A stretch of DNA of 64,000 nucleotides from Faecousia sp. (GTDB taxonomy: Bacteria; Bacillota; Clostridia; Oscillospirales; Oscillospiraceae). The translations under genes were made by a program, and so were the position numbers. Under the pieces are notes generated by a model. That model saw nothing but the letters and a program-made list of their open reading frames with translations, ran no database searches and was not told the origin of the DNA. Each line of letters starts with the position of its first letter. Position 1 is the first letter of the stretch. Positions 36,786 through 45,727 of this stretch are shown piece after piece. The stretch covers positions 8,480 through 72,479 of the forward strand of contig JAZUAW010000056.1 of the NCBI GenBank assembly GCA_045638225.1, read 5' to 3'.

Positions 36786-37406
36786 ATGAAGAAGTTCCAA
36801 CTTTCCACCCCCGCTGAACGCATGGTGGGCATCACCTTTTCCGTTATTATCAGTGCAGCCCTGGTGTTTCTGCTGTTTGCTCTGCGAAATAACATGGCCG
36901 TGTTGCTGCTGACCGCAGTGGGCGTTGGGGTCGTGGTTTTTGTGTTTGCCCTGTATGTTCTGAATGTGGCGAAAGCTGCCTGTATTCCGGATCCGGAAAG
37001 CAAAACCCTTCGCGTTACCGGTGTCCGGGAGCGGAACATTGACCTGTCCCGTGCTGCATACCTGCAGACGATTCCGGTTAAGAGCGGCCATATTGAGAGC
37101 CGGTCTCTGGCTTTTACGGATGCGGAGGATAAGGTGTTGGCCATCGTGCCCACTTACTTCACTTCCAGAAGGGGCGTTCTGGCAGAACCTTTGGCCAAGG
37201 AGCTGGCACAGGTGCTGAACCTGGAGTTCGTGGAAAAGGTTCCCGTTTGGGAATACGACAAGGAAGCACGGAAAGCCCACGACATTGAAGTGGAACAGCA
37301 GGAAAAGGAAGCGGCGAAGGCAGACCGTGAGGCAAGGAAGGCACTGCGTGCTGCTAAGCTTCGCAAGAGAATGGAGCAGATGCGGCAGGAGGACAACAAG
37401 TCCTGA
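36786..37406 (+). CDS. Hypothetical membrane protein (2 TM + charged coiled-coil tail)
   Basis: Two hydrophobic segments; GAGGA RBS. Confidence 0.7.
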   Translation: MKKFQLSTPAERMVGITFSVIISAALVFLLFALRNNMAVLLLTAVGVGVVVFVFALYVLNVAKAACIPDPESKTLRVTGVRERNIDLSRAAYLQTIPVKSGHIESRSLAFTDAEDKVLAIVPTYFTSRRGVLAEPLAKELAQVLNLEFVEKVPVWEYDKEARKAHDIEVEQQEKEAAKADREARKALRAAKLRKRMEQMRQEDNKS

Positions 37407-37460
37407 TCGGTCCGCCCCAGGATGGCGTGACATCCACTTCCCAAGCATATGAATAGCAAT

Positions 37461-37496
37461 AAAAATGACGCATCCGCTTGGATGCGTCATTTTTTA
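37461..37496. terminator. Bidirectional terminator
   Basis: AAAAATGACGCATCC-gctt-GGATGCGTCATTTTTT. Confidence 0.8.
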
Positions 37497-37499
37497 TCA

Positions 37500-37787
37500 T
37501 TACTTGTTTTCGATAGCCTGGATGGCGAAGCGGGAAACGTCAATAATAGTCTTGGGAGCAATTTCGATGCCAATGATCTCGTCGTCGCTCATGCGGACCA
37601 CCTTGCCGTAAATACCACCGGCAAACATAACGCGGGAGCCGATGTTCAAAGTGGTGTGGATGCCAGCCAGCTCGGTGCGGCGCTTGCGCATGTTGACAGC
37701 GGAAATAGCTGCCAAAATCGTTGCAAAGATGCCGACCAGAACACCAATGGTGATGCAGGTCCAAAGAATAACTTCCCAGTTGATCAT
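37500..37787 (-). CDS. YajC-family membrane protein
   Basis: TM + LNIGSRVMFAGGIYGKV. Confidence 0.8.
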   Translation of the reverse strand: MINWEVILWTCITIGVLVGIFATILAAISAVNMRKRRTELAGIHTTLNIGSRVMFAGGIYGKVVRMSDDEIIGIEIAPKTIIDVSRFAIQAIENK

Positions 37788-37790
37788 ATC

Positions 37791-38225
37791 TTAGATACCG
37801 TCCTCTTCCTCAACTTCCTCACGGACAGCCATCTCAAACTTGACCACATTGTCCTTGCCTTCGAACAGCAGCTCCTCGGCCAGAGCCTGAGGATCAGTCT
37901 CGAAGCTGAGCATGGTGGAACCGGTGATGATCATGGGCAGGTTGGTGCCGGACAGGACGATGATCTGCTTGTCAGGATGTGCCATGGAGCATTCCACAGC
38001 GGTCTTGAAGGGGGAGCCGCCGGGCAGGTCGGACAGGACCACGATGCCGTCGCAATCGGACAGCTCGGTGTAAGCGGCGTTCAGCTTTTCAGCCAGGGCT
38101 TCCAGGCCCATGCCATCTTCAAAGCACACATACTTGATGTGCTCATTTTCGCCGGCGATCATTCTGGCAGAGGAGTGCATACCCTCCGCAAACAGGCCGT
38201 GGCCAGTAACAACTAAACCGATCAT
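37791..38225 (-). CDS. agaF: PTS mannose-family EIIA
   Basis: VVTGHG.FAEG, DLPGGSPF, GTNLPM. Confidence 0.9.
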   Translation of the reverse strand: MIGLVVTGHGLFAEGMHSSARMIAGENEHIKYVCFEDGMGLEALAEKLNAAYTELSDCDGIVVLSDLPGGSPFKTAVECSMAHPDKQIIVLSGTNLPMIITGSTMLSFETDPQALAEELLFEGKDNVVKFEMAVREEVEEEDGI

Positions 38226-38248
38226 TTTGTTTTCCTCCTCAAATTTAA

Positions 38249-39427
38249 TTACTGCAGGGTATAAGGATACAGGATAACACCCTTAACCACGCGGTTGACT
38301 TCGCCGGTGGGGCAGGGGTTGTCGGGGGTGATGCCCATGGACAGGCTCTTCATAACAGCCAGAGTTTGGGCGAACATAATGAAGTCCAGGCCCAGCATGA
38401 TGTTTTCCATGTCGGCGCCTACGTTGATCTGGATGGCGTAGTCAACCAGCTCTTCGATGCCTTCGCAAGTTCTGTTGTAGACAACAGCGATCTTGTTGCC
38501 CTTGCGCTGGCCGGACATTTCCTTGATCAGATCCAGCTCGTACTGACGGCGGTAAGCGTCATCGCTCAGGTAGGCAACAGTCAGAGTGGTGGGGTTGATA
38601 ATGGACTTGGGACCATGACGGAAGCCCAGCTGGGAGTCATACATGGTGGCCACCTTACCGGCGGTCAGCTCCAGCATCTTCAGAGCGGATTCCTGTGCCA
38701 CGCCCTTCAGAGCGATGTTGCCCAGGTACACGATGCGGTCGAAGTCGAACTCGGAAACGATCTTGGCGACAGCGTCATACTGGTTGTCCAGGAAGTTCTC
38801 GCCGGCCACACAGATCTTCTCCACAGCGGCGGTGATCTCATCCAGACGATCCAGGTTCAGAGCCAGATAAGTAGCCAGGTACATGTTGGAGTAGCTGGAG
38901 GTCATGGCAAAGGACTTGTCGTGGGTCTCGGGGGTCAGGTTCAGAGCGAAGCAGTTGTCATGCTTGTCAGCCAGCTTGGACAGAGCGCCTTCGCTGTTGC
39001 AGGTGACGAACAGGTGATAGATGTTCTCGCAGACGACCTCAGCTGCTTCCACGTTGCCAACGGACTCGGGGGAGTTGCCGGAACGGCCAAAGTTGACCAG
39101 CAGGGTGGGCTTGGTGCGGGACAGGGTGTCCTCGGGATTGGGGACGATGTCGGTAGAAGCGTAGGACTTAACCTTGAAGTTGTACTTCTTGTTCAGTGCG
39201 TGGTACAGAGAATTGCCGACAAACTCGCTGGTGCCAGCACCGGTCAGAACGATGTCAAAATCCTCGGCCTTGACAACCTGATCCAGGAACTTCTGCAGTT
39301 CGTCCTTGCAGGCGGCCAGCTGTGCGCAGGTCTTGCGCCAGGTGGCGGGCTGCTGGTAGATCTCGTGAATGGTGAAGGTGGAAAAATTCTCCTTCATCTG
39401 CTCTTCGGTGTAGTTGAAAATACGCAT
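38249..39427 (-). CDS. agaS: SIS-domain galactosamine-6-P deaminase/isomerase
   Basis: EIYQQP, TGAGTSEFVG, GRSGNSPES, FAMTSS, GFRHGPKS, PDNPCPTGEVNRVV. Confidence 0.9.
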   Translation of the reverse strand: MRIFNYTEEQMKENFSTFTIHEIYQQPATWRKTCAQLAACKDELQKFLDQVVKAEDFDIVLTGAGTSEFVGNSLYHALNKKYNFKVKSYASTDIVPNPEDTLSRTKPTLLVNFGRSGNSPESVGNVEAAEVVCENIYHLFVTCNSEGALSKLADKHDNCFALNLTPETHDKSFAMTSSYSNMYLATYLALNLDRLDEITAAVEKICVAGENFLDNQYDAVAKIVSEFDFDRIVYLGNIALKGVAQESALKMLELTAGKVATMYDSQLGFRHGPKSIINPTTLTVAYLSDDAYRRQYELDLIKEMSGQRKGNKIAVVYNRTCEGIEELVDYAIQINVGADMENIMLGLDFIMFAQTLAVMKSLSMGITPDNPCPTGEVNRVVKGVILYPYTLQ

Positions 39428-39545
39428 TGTACAGTATACCTCCCATTATTATTCAAACAATTTTATTATATAGCATTAAAAAAATAAATACAAGAGATAA
39501 AACTAAAACAAGTAACATTTGCCTTAAAAAATGTAAATCATTCTT

Positions 39546-39574
39546 TTGACATTCCTGCGCTTTGATTGTATAAT
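39546..39574 (+). promoter_or_regulatory. Consensus sigma70 promoter
   Basis: TTGACA-N17-TATAAT. Confidence 0.75.
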
Positions 39575-39611
39575 GAAAATACAAATAGAGATTTGCAAGG
39601 AGGTATTTTTC

Positions 39612-40751
39612 ATGATTATTCAAAGTAAAAAAGTTTGGATCGCTGACCAGTTTATTCCGGCACAGGTTGAGGTGGAAGGCGGCAAAATCGTTGCCATTGC
39701 ACCCTACCAGGCAAAGCCCGTAGATGTTGACTACGGCGATAAGCGCGTGATCCCCGGCATGATCGATGTGCATTGCCACGGCGCTTACGAATTTGATACT
39801 AACTATGCTGAAGAAGCAGGCCTGCGTAACTGGGCAAAGAATATTGTGTCCGAAGGTGTTACCGCTTTTCTTGCTACTACCATTACCCAGAGCGAAGAGG
39901 TGCTGACCAAAGCTGTTGCCAATGTTGCCAAAGTTATGGAAGACGGCTATGAAGGCGCAGAGATCCTGGGTGTCCATTTCGAAGGCCCTTACCTCGACAT
40001 GAAGTACAAGGGTGCCCAGCCTGAGGAGCATATCGTCAAGCCCACCATTGAGCAGTTTGAGCGCTATCAGGCTGCAGCCAAGGGCAATATCCGCTATGTG
40101 ACCATGGCCACCGAGACCGATGAGGACTTCGCCCTGACCCGTTACCTGGCCGACAAGGGCATCGTGGTCAGCATTGGCCACAGCGCTGCTACTTACGAGC
40201 AGGCCTGCATGGCATATGCCAACGGTGCAAAGTGCATGACCCATGTCTACAACGGCATGACTCCCTTCAATCACCGTGCCAACGGTCTGGTGGGTGCCGC
40301 TTTCCGCCTGCGCACCATGTACGGCGAAGTGATCTGCGACGGCAACCACTCCACCACTGCCGCACTGAATATGTTCTTCATGAGCAAGGGCCCCGATTAT
40401 TCCATCATGGTGTCCGACGCACTGATGGCAAAGGGCACGCCTATTGGCAGCCGCCATATCTTCGGTGGCAATGAGATCCTCATCTACCCCGATGGCAGCG
40501 CACACCTGACCAAGATCGACTCTCTGGCAGGCTCCACCCTGCAGCTGAACAAGGGCCTGAAGATCCTGATTGAGGATGCTTTGGTTCCCGTAAACTATGC
40601 TATCAATGCCTGCACCCTGAACCCCGCAAACTGCCTGGGTATTGCTGACCGCAAGGGCTCTATCCGTGTGGGCCGTGATGCTGACATGGTGGTTCTGGAC
40701 GATGATTATTCCGTTATTCAGACCTATTGTATGGGTGAACCCAAACTGTAA
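39612..40751 (+). CDS. nagA: N-acetylhexosamine-6-P deacetylase (NagA/AgaA)
   Basis: PGMIDVHCHG, GVHFEGPY, GHSAA, THVYNGM, LAGSTL. Confidence 0.9.
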   Translation: MIIQSKKVWIADQFIPAQVEVEGGKIVAIAPYQAKPVDVDYGDKRVIPGMIDVHCHGAYEFDTNYAEEAGLRNWAKNIVSEGVTAFLATTITQSEEVLTKAVANVAKVMEDGYEGAEILGVHFEGPYLDMKYKGAQPEEHIVKPTIEQFERYQAAAKGNIRYVTMATETDEDFALTRYLADKGIVVSIGHSAATYEQACMAYANGAKCMTHVYNGMTPFNHRANGLVGAAFRLRTMYGEVICDGNHSTTAALNMFFMSKGPDYSIMVSDALMAKGTPIGSRHIFGGNEILIYPDGSAHLTKIDSLAGSTLQLNKGLKILIEDALVPVNYAINACTLNPANCLGIADRKGSIRVGRDADMVVLDDDYSVIQTYCMGEPKL

Positions 40752-40777
40752 TATTCAATATTTTTAGGAGGATCACT

Positions 40778-42067
40778 ATGAAACATCCGCTTCAAATTAT
40801 GATGGAACAGCGCCGTGCCGGTATCCGCTGCGGTATTCCTTCCTATTGCACCGCCAACGAGCTGGCGCTGGAGATCGCTCTGCGTCGTGCCAAGATGCGG
40901 AACAAGCCCGTTCTGATCGAGGCTACCGCCAACCAGGTCAATCAGTTTGGTGGCTACACCGGCATGATGCCCAAGGACTTCTATCAGATGGTTCTGAAGA
41001 TGGCACAGGCCATTGATCTGCCCGAGAATATGATCATTTTGGCCGGTGACCATCTGGGCCCCCTGACCTGGCAGAAGCTGCCGGAGAGCGAAGCTATGGC
41101 CAATTCCTATGAACTGGTTTATCAGTATGCCCGGGCCGGTTTCACCAAGATCCATCTGGATACTTCTATGAAAGTGGCGGACGATCCCGAGGGCCTGCTG
41201 TCCACCGAGACCATTGCCCGCCGTGGTGCCATGCTGTACAAGGCAGCCATGAAGGGCTACGAAGAACTGAAGGCTGAGAAGCCCGATGCCATTCGCCCTG
41301 TGTTCATTGTTGGTTCCGAGGTTCCGATTCCTGGCGGTGCCACCGAAGCTGAGGATACCTTGGCTGTTACCAAGCCGGAGGCATTCCTGGATACCGTCAA
41401 CACCTACACCCGCGTTTGGACCGAGGAAGGCGTTGGCGAGGGTATGAAGGATGTCATCGCTGTGGTGGTACAGCCCGGCGTTGAGTTTGGTGACGAGCAG
41501 GTCTTCGACTACAACTCCGAGGCAGCCAAGGAGCTGTGCGCCATGCTGAAGGAATATCCCGACTTCTGCTTCGAGGGTCACTCCACCGACTATCAGACCC
41601 CCAAGTGCCTGTATGATATGGTTACCGACGGCATCGCCATTTTGAAGGTTGGCCCCGCGCTGACCTTCGGCCTGCGTGAAGCTCTGTTTGCCCTGAGCAA
41701 GATGGAAGAAGAACTGGTTCCCGCAGAGGAGCGTGCAAACTTCATCGCAAAGTTGGAAGAAGTGATGCTGGCCAACCCCGCCAACTGGGCCAAGCATTAT
41801 CACGGTGACGAGCGCCAGCTGGCTCTGTGCCGTAAGTACAGCTATTCCGACCGAGCCCGCTATTACATCGGCCAGCCCGAGGTGGTAGCTTGCATGAATA
41901 AGCTGTTTGAGAACCTGCGCAAGTACACCATTCCCATGAATATGTTGCATCAGTACATGCCGCTGAGCTACAACAAGGTTCGTGCCGGTGAGCTGGAGCT
42001 GGATCCCAGAGAACTGGCTATGGACGGCGTTGCCCAGTTTATGCTGGACTATGAATCTGCTGTGTAA
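40778..42067 (+). CDS. kbaZ: KbaZ/GatZ/AgaZ family (tagatose-6-P 4-epimerase-like)
   Basis: IEATANQVNQFGGYTGM, GDHLGP, KIHLD, EVPIPGG, VVQPGVEF, EGHSTDYQ, LKVGPALT. Confidence 0.9.
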   Translation: MKHPLQIMMEQRRAGIRCGIPSYCTANELALEIALRRAKMRNKPVLIEATANQVNQFGGYTGMMPKDFYQMVLKMAQAIDLPENMIILAGDHLGPLTWQKLPESEAMANSYELVYQYARAGFTKIHLDTSMKVADDPEGLLSTETIARRGAMLYKAAMKGYEELKAEKPDAIRPVFIVGSEVPIPGGATEAEDTLAVTKPEAFLDTVNTYTRVWTEEGVGEGMKDVIAVVVQPGVEFGDEQVFDYNSEAAKELCAMLKEYPDFCFEGHSTDYQTPKCLYDMVTDGIAILKVGPALTFGLREALFALSKMEEELVPAEERANFIAKLEEVMLANPANWAKHYHGDERQLALCRKYSYSDRARYYIGQPEVVACMNKLFENLRKYTIPMNMLHQYMPLSYNKVRAGELELDPRELAMDGVAQFMLDYESAV

Positions 42068-42085
42068 GACCCGGAAAGAGGCATT

Positions 42086-42337
42086 ATGGAATTTTTGACT
42101 GCCCTTTCCTATGTGATGGCTGTTTTGGAGACAGCGGCGCTGATTGCCGCTATGATCTTTTTGACCCGAGGATTGCATGAGAAGAAGAATCAGCGGGCAA
42201 AACAGGGCAAAAAAGGCGGAAAAAACAGCGAGATCACCCAAAAGGCCATCACGGCCTGCTATCAAAAAGCCGGCCTGACCTTTTTTGTCTACCTGGTTCT
42301 CAATGTCGTGCGCAACTACAGCGGCCTTTTTGGCTAA
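42086..42337 (+). CDS. Small hypothetical membrane protein
   Basis: Two hydrophobic segments; GAGG RBS. Confidence 0.6.
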   Translation: MEFLTALSYVMAVLETAALIAAMIFLTRGLHEKKNQRAKQGKKGGKNSEITQKAITACYQKAGLTFFVYLVLNVVRNYSGLFG

Positions 42338-42364
42338 CCGGAAACACTATCCATAAGAACATCA

Positions 42365-42402
42365 TGTAGGGATCGACCTTCGGGACGATCCCTACAATTT
42401 TT
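42365..42402 (+). repeat. GTAG-type REP-like palindrome / terminator
   Basis: TGTAGGGATCG...CGATCCCTACA then a T run. Confidence 0.55.
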
Positions 42403-42542
42403 TGAGGTTTCTCCGCCATTTCAGGTGGCCATGGGAAATAAGACAGGTGCTTCCGCGGAAAAGGAAAAGAAATACTTGGCTATTGGGCCATGTTGTGATA
42501 TGATGGTGGCATCAATCAAATAAACCGGGAGGAAATACTACC

Positions 42543-42809
42543 ATGGATAAACATTATACTTATCAGACCCAAGGCGTTTGCGCCTCGGAGATCAGCTTCG
42601 ACATCATCGACGGCCATGTGTTCAACGTTAATTTCAAGGGCGGTTGCAGAGGCAACACCCAGGGTGTCGCTATTCTGGCGGACGGCCTGGAGGCTCGTGC
42701 TGCCATCAAGCGCCTGCGAGGCGTTGAGTGCCACGGCGGTACTTCCTGCCCGGATCAGCTGGCTATCGCCATTGCTGCCTGCCTGGAAAGCATGGGTGAG
42801 ACCGTATGA
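42543..42809 (+). CDS. TIGR03905-like TSCPD-domain protein
   Basis: GVCA, FKGGCRGN, C...GTSCPDQLA. Confidence 0.85.
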   Translation: MDKHYTYQTQGVCASEISFDIIDGHVFNVNFKGGCRGNTQGVAILADGLEARAAIKRLRGVECHGGTSCPDQLAIAIAACLESMGETV

Positions 42810-43675
42810 TCAAAAAACGCTATGATTTTTCCCAGGTAGATGTACCTGCGGCACTTCTGCAGGCAGAAGTGACACGGGAAGAAATGGATGCGGAGTACGC
42901 AGCTGCCGCCAAGCAGTTTACGACCATTGCGCCTACTGATGGCCCTGTACAGACCGGCGACGTGGTGACGCTGTCCTTTGCCGATGAAAAGGTGGAGACC
43001 GGCCTGCGCACCATCTATGCCAATGTGGGCAAGGGCTTTACGGATGAAGAGGAGCTGGTACCTGGCTTGCGGGCTGGTGACAGCATCCGGACTCGGTATG
43101 CCAGCAGGGAAGTGGAGGCCAAGATTGTTTGCGTCAAACGTCTGCAGGTGCCTGCTTTGACCGATGATCTGGTTGCGAAGCTGGGCATGGAGAATGTGGC
43201 TGACATGGCCGCTTTTGAAGAGTATGTTTTCGTTAAGCTGGCAGAGATCCAGCGCAAGCGTAAGTTCCGTGGTATCATGGGTATCGTGTCCAAGGCCATG
43301 ATGGAGAAAACAGAATTTGCAGAAGTGGAAGAGACCCATCCCTGGTATCAGGCGCTGCATGGCGTGATGATGGGCCGCATTCAGGCCTTTGCACAGCAGT
43401 CTGGTGTCAGCGTGGAGCAGGCCATGCCCACCGCGCTGCGCATGGCGGATAAGTCCTTGGAGGAGTGCCAGCAGGCGCTGAAGGCTATGTGCATCGAGCG
43501 TGCCCGGCAGGGTGCGCTGGGCCAGAGCTACGCCCAGGAAAAGGGTGTATCCATGGAAGAGGAAGATACTGCGGACCTGATCGGTGCCTATGTGGATTAT
43601 CTGAATGAGGTGGTCTATCAGCACTTTGCTCCCATGATCCATGTGAGCAGACCTGCCCATGGAAATGCTCGATAA
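42806..43675 (+). CDS. Trigger-factor-like protein (FKBP-like + helical domain)
   Basis: GPVQTGDVVTLSF...VGKG...VPALTDDLV pattern. Confidence 0.55.
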   Translation: MIKKRYDFSQVDVPAALLQAEVTREEMDAEYAAAAKQFTTIAPTDGPVQTGDVVTLSFADEKVETGLRTIYANVGKGFTDEEELVPGLRAGDSIRTRYASREVEAKIVCVKRLQVPALTDDLVAKLGMENVADMAAFEEYVFVKLAEIQRKRKFRGIMGIVSKAMMEKTEFAEVEETHPWYQALHGVMMGRIQAFAQQSGVSVEQAMPTALRMADKSLEECQQALKAMCIERARQGALGQSYAQEKGVSMEEEDTADLIGAYVDYLNEVVYQHFAPMIHVSRPAHGNAR

Positions 43676-43767
43676 GCTGGAAGTGCTGTGGTGTCCGTCT
43701 TTCAGGGTCTACTGAGGGTCCATTGGCCCATTCCGGCCTTTCGCAGCGGAAAAAATAAGGGAATTCC

Positions 43768-43796
43768 TTGAAATCTTAGGCAAAGGATGCTATAAT
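43768..43796 (+). promoter_or_regulatory. Sigma70 promoter
   Basis: TTGAAA-N17-TATAAT with extended TG. Confidence 0.7.
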
Positions 43797-43799
43797 CAA

Positions 43800-43938
43800 C
43801 AGGCAGAATTCATATGCTGCAAGCTTCTGACACTAAGCGTTTTGCTGCGTGAAAGGTGCTGTCACACAGATATTTACCCCATGGGATCCATGGGGAGAAG
43901 TTTGTTTGCCGCACCGGTTAGGGGCGGCAAATTTTATT
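43800..43938 (+). promoter_or_regulatory. Structured 5' leader ending in a terminator (candidate riboswitch/attenuator)
   Basis: Stems TGACA/TGTCA and CCCCATGG/CCATGGGG; terminator TTTGCCGC...GCGGCAAA-TTTT just before the RBS. Confidence 0.5.
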
Positions 43939-43953
43939 GGGGAGACATCGCCT

Positions 43954-44211
43954 ATGGAAACAAGAGTAGCAGTTATGAGCATCATTGTGGAAAACCCGGA
44001 TGCGGTGGAGCGGCTCAATGCCATTTTGCATGAGTACGGAGTATACATTATTGGCCGCATGGGGATTCCTTATCGAAAGCGGAAGATCAGCATCATCTCC
44101 ATTGCGCTGGATGCGCCCCAAGATACCCTTTCGGCGTTGGCCGGAAAGATCGGCGGATTGAGCGGCGTTAGTGTAAAAACAGCCTATTCCAGTATCATCA
44201 GTGCCGAATAA
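43954..44211 (+). CDS. TM1266-family ACT-like regulator
   Basis: METRVAVMSIIVEN...LNAILHEY...IIGRMGIPY...LSGVSVK. Confidence 0.85.
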   Translation: METRVAVMSIIVENPDAVERLNAILHEYGVYIIGRMGIPYRKRKISIISIALDAPQDTLSALAGKIGGLSGVSVKTAYSSIISAE

Positions 44212-44229
44212 AAGAAAGAGGGAAGAATT

Positions 44230-44805
44230 ATGCGCAAGAACATTCGTTGGATTACAGAAACTGCTGTTATGCTGGCGCTGCTGGTTTGTTTGCAGTGGGT
44301 CGGTTCCTTTGTGCCGGATCAGATGACCAAACAGCTGATCACCGGTACCATGGTTAACTGCGTTCTGGCAGTCACGGTGCTGATGGTGGGCCTGAGTAGC
44401 GGCGTGACTGTGGCGCTGATCTCTCCTGTTTGTGCCTTTGCATTTGGTATTGCTCCGAATTTCGTTACCGTCCTGCCTATTATGGTGGGTAACTGCTGCT
44501 ATGTCACGCTGCTGTACTTTATCATCGGCAAAGCCCGTAAGCTGGGCTGGCGGCAGCCGGTGGCGCTGGTCAGTGCGGCGGTGGTCAAGTTCGGCGTGCT
44601 GTATCTGCTGGTGGTGAAGGTGATCTGCGGCATGGCCTCCGGTGCGCTGCTGGGCAAGAAAATTGGCGATATCGTGGTGCTGGCACCTCCCATGCTGAAG
44701 ATGCTGCCCACCATGTTTGCCTGGCCCCAGCTGGTGACCGCCTTGACCGGCGGTGTGATCGCGTTGGCCATTGTGCCGGTGCTTCGCAAGGCACTGCATA
44801 GATAA
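44230..44805 (+). CDS. ECF transporter S component
   Basis: WITETAVMLALL, QLITGTMVN; about 6 TM. Confidence 0.8.
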   Translation: MRKNIRWITETAVMLALLVCLQWVGSFVPDQMTKQLITGTMVNCVLAVTVLMVGLSSGVTVALISPVCAFAFGIAPNFVTVLPIMVGNCCYVTLLYFIIGKARKLGWRQPVALVSAAVVKFGVLYLLVVKVICGMASGALLGKKIGDIVVLAPPMLKMLPTMFAWPQLVTALTGGVIALAIVPVLRKALHR

Positions 44806-44832
44806 ATTGGGTTTTATCATAACGTTTGTGTG

Positions 44833-44860
44833 GTAGGGTGGGAGCTTGCTCCTGCCCTAC
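44833..44860. repeat. GTAG-type REP-like palindrome
   Basis: GTAGGGTGGGAGC-TT-GCTCCTGCCCTAC. Confidence 0.55.
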
Positions 44861-44899
44861 ACTGCGTCAGTGGCATAAATGAAATTTGCCCATATGTCC

Positions 44900-44931
44900 A
44901 TCCCTCGGTTCCTTAGAACCGGGGGATTTTT
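44900..44931 (+). terminator. Terminator
   Basis: ATCCCTCGGTTC...GAACCGGGGGAT then a T run. Confidence 0.7.
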
Positions 44932-45078
44932 GTTTGCAGGCCAATGGCGGACATGCTTTCAATGTTAAGAGTCGTGTTTTCTGTATGTTTGCGGCGAAAG
45001 GATGAATTTGGTGTCGACTTTTGAGAAATCTTGTGCTATGCTATGGACAGAAAGAAATACGAACGGAGGTCACAGCAC

Positions 45079-45303
45079 ATGACAAATTCCATTATCTACC
45101 ACAATTTTCAAAATACAGAAGCGGCTGCAAAAGCCCCTGCTTCCGGCGTGGTACTGACCGCACCCATTCTGGAAAAGGGTCGCCGTGTGGCCAAATTTGT
45201 AATCCGGGTCAATGCCGTGGCAAACGCGGCGTGCATGTTTCTGTGCGGTGCTTGCAGCGCCGTGGGGCTTGTGATCCTGCTGCTTCTGGTTCGTGGCAGT
45301 TGA
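45079..45303 (+). CDS. Small hypothetical protein with C-terminal TM
   Basis: GGAGG RBS. Confidence 0.55.
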   Translation: MTNSIIYHNFQNTEAAAKAPASGVVLTAPILEKGRRVAKFVIRVNAVANAACMFLCGACSAVGLVILLLLVRGS

Positions 45304-45324
45304 GTGTGAAAGGGAGGGCTTGGT

Positions 45325-45552
45325 ATGTTTGAAATGGTTGTTACGGTTCTGTTTTTTGCCCTGATGGCAGGCGTGGTGCGTAGTGTCTTTTTGGCGGACA
45401 GAGGCATGGCAAAGATTGCGCTGATCGCAGCCCTTGTTGTGGTGCTGCCGGCATTGGTGGGTTGCTTGCTGGTGGTCAGCGGTATGTTTTTGCTGATGCC
45501 CTTGGGGCTGATGCTGATGGCTTTCGGCATGGTGAAGGCCTGTGTCAACTGA
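45325..45552 (+). CDS. Small hydrophobic membrane protein
   Basis: GGAGG RBS; almost entirely hydrophobic. Confidence 0.55.
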   Translation: MFEMVVTVLFFALMAGVVRSVFLADRGMAKIALIAALVVVLPALVGCLLVVSGMFLLMPLGLMLMAFGMVKACVN

Positions 45553-45563
45553 AAAAGAATAGT

Positions 45564-45654
45564 ATGTCATCCTGAGCCAAGCGCAGCGGGGTCGAAGGAT
45601 CTGTTCTCTTTTTGCAAGGAAAACGGATCGCGCTGTGCCCGGCCGGGATGACAT
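45564..45654. repeat. Palindromic dispersed element (TGTCATCCTGAGC...GAAGGATC...GGATGACA type)
   Basis: Terminal inverted repeat ATGTCATCC/GGATGACAT. Confidence 0.6.
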
Positions 45655-45673
45655 TTTTGCTCCTTCAGGACAT

Positions 45674-45702
45674 TTGACAAGGGGTAAAAAGTGAACTATA
45701 AT
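45674..45702 (+). promoter_or_regulatory. Consensus sigma70 promoter
   Basis: TTGACA-N17-TATAAT. Confidence 0.8.
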
Positions 45703-45727
45703 GAAAGAAAACGAGGGGAGTGACGGT

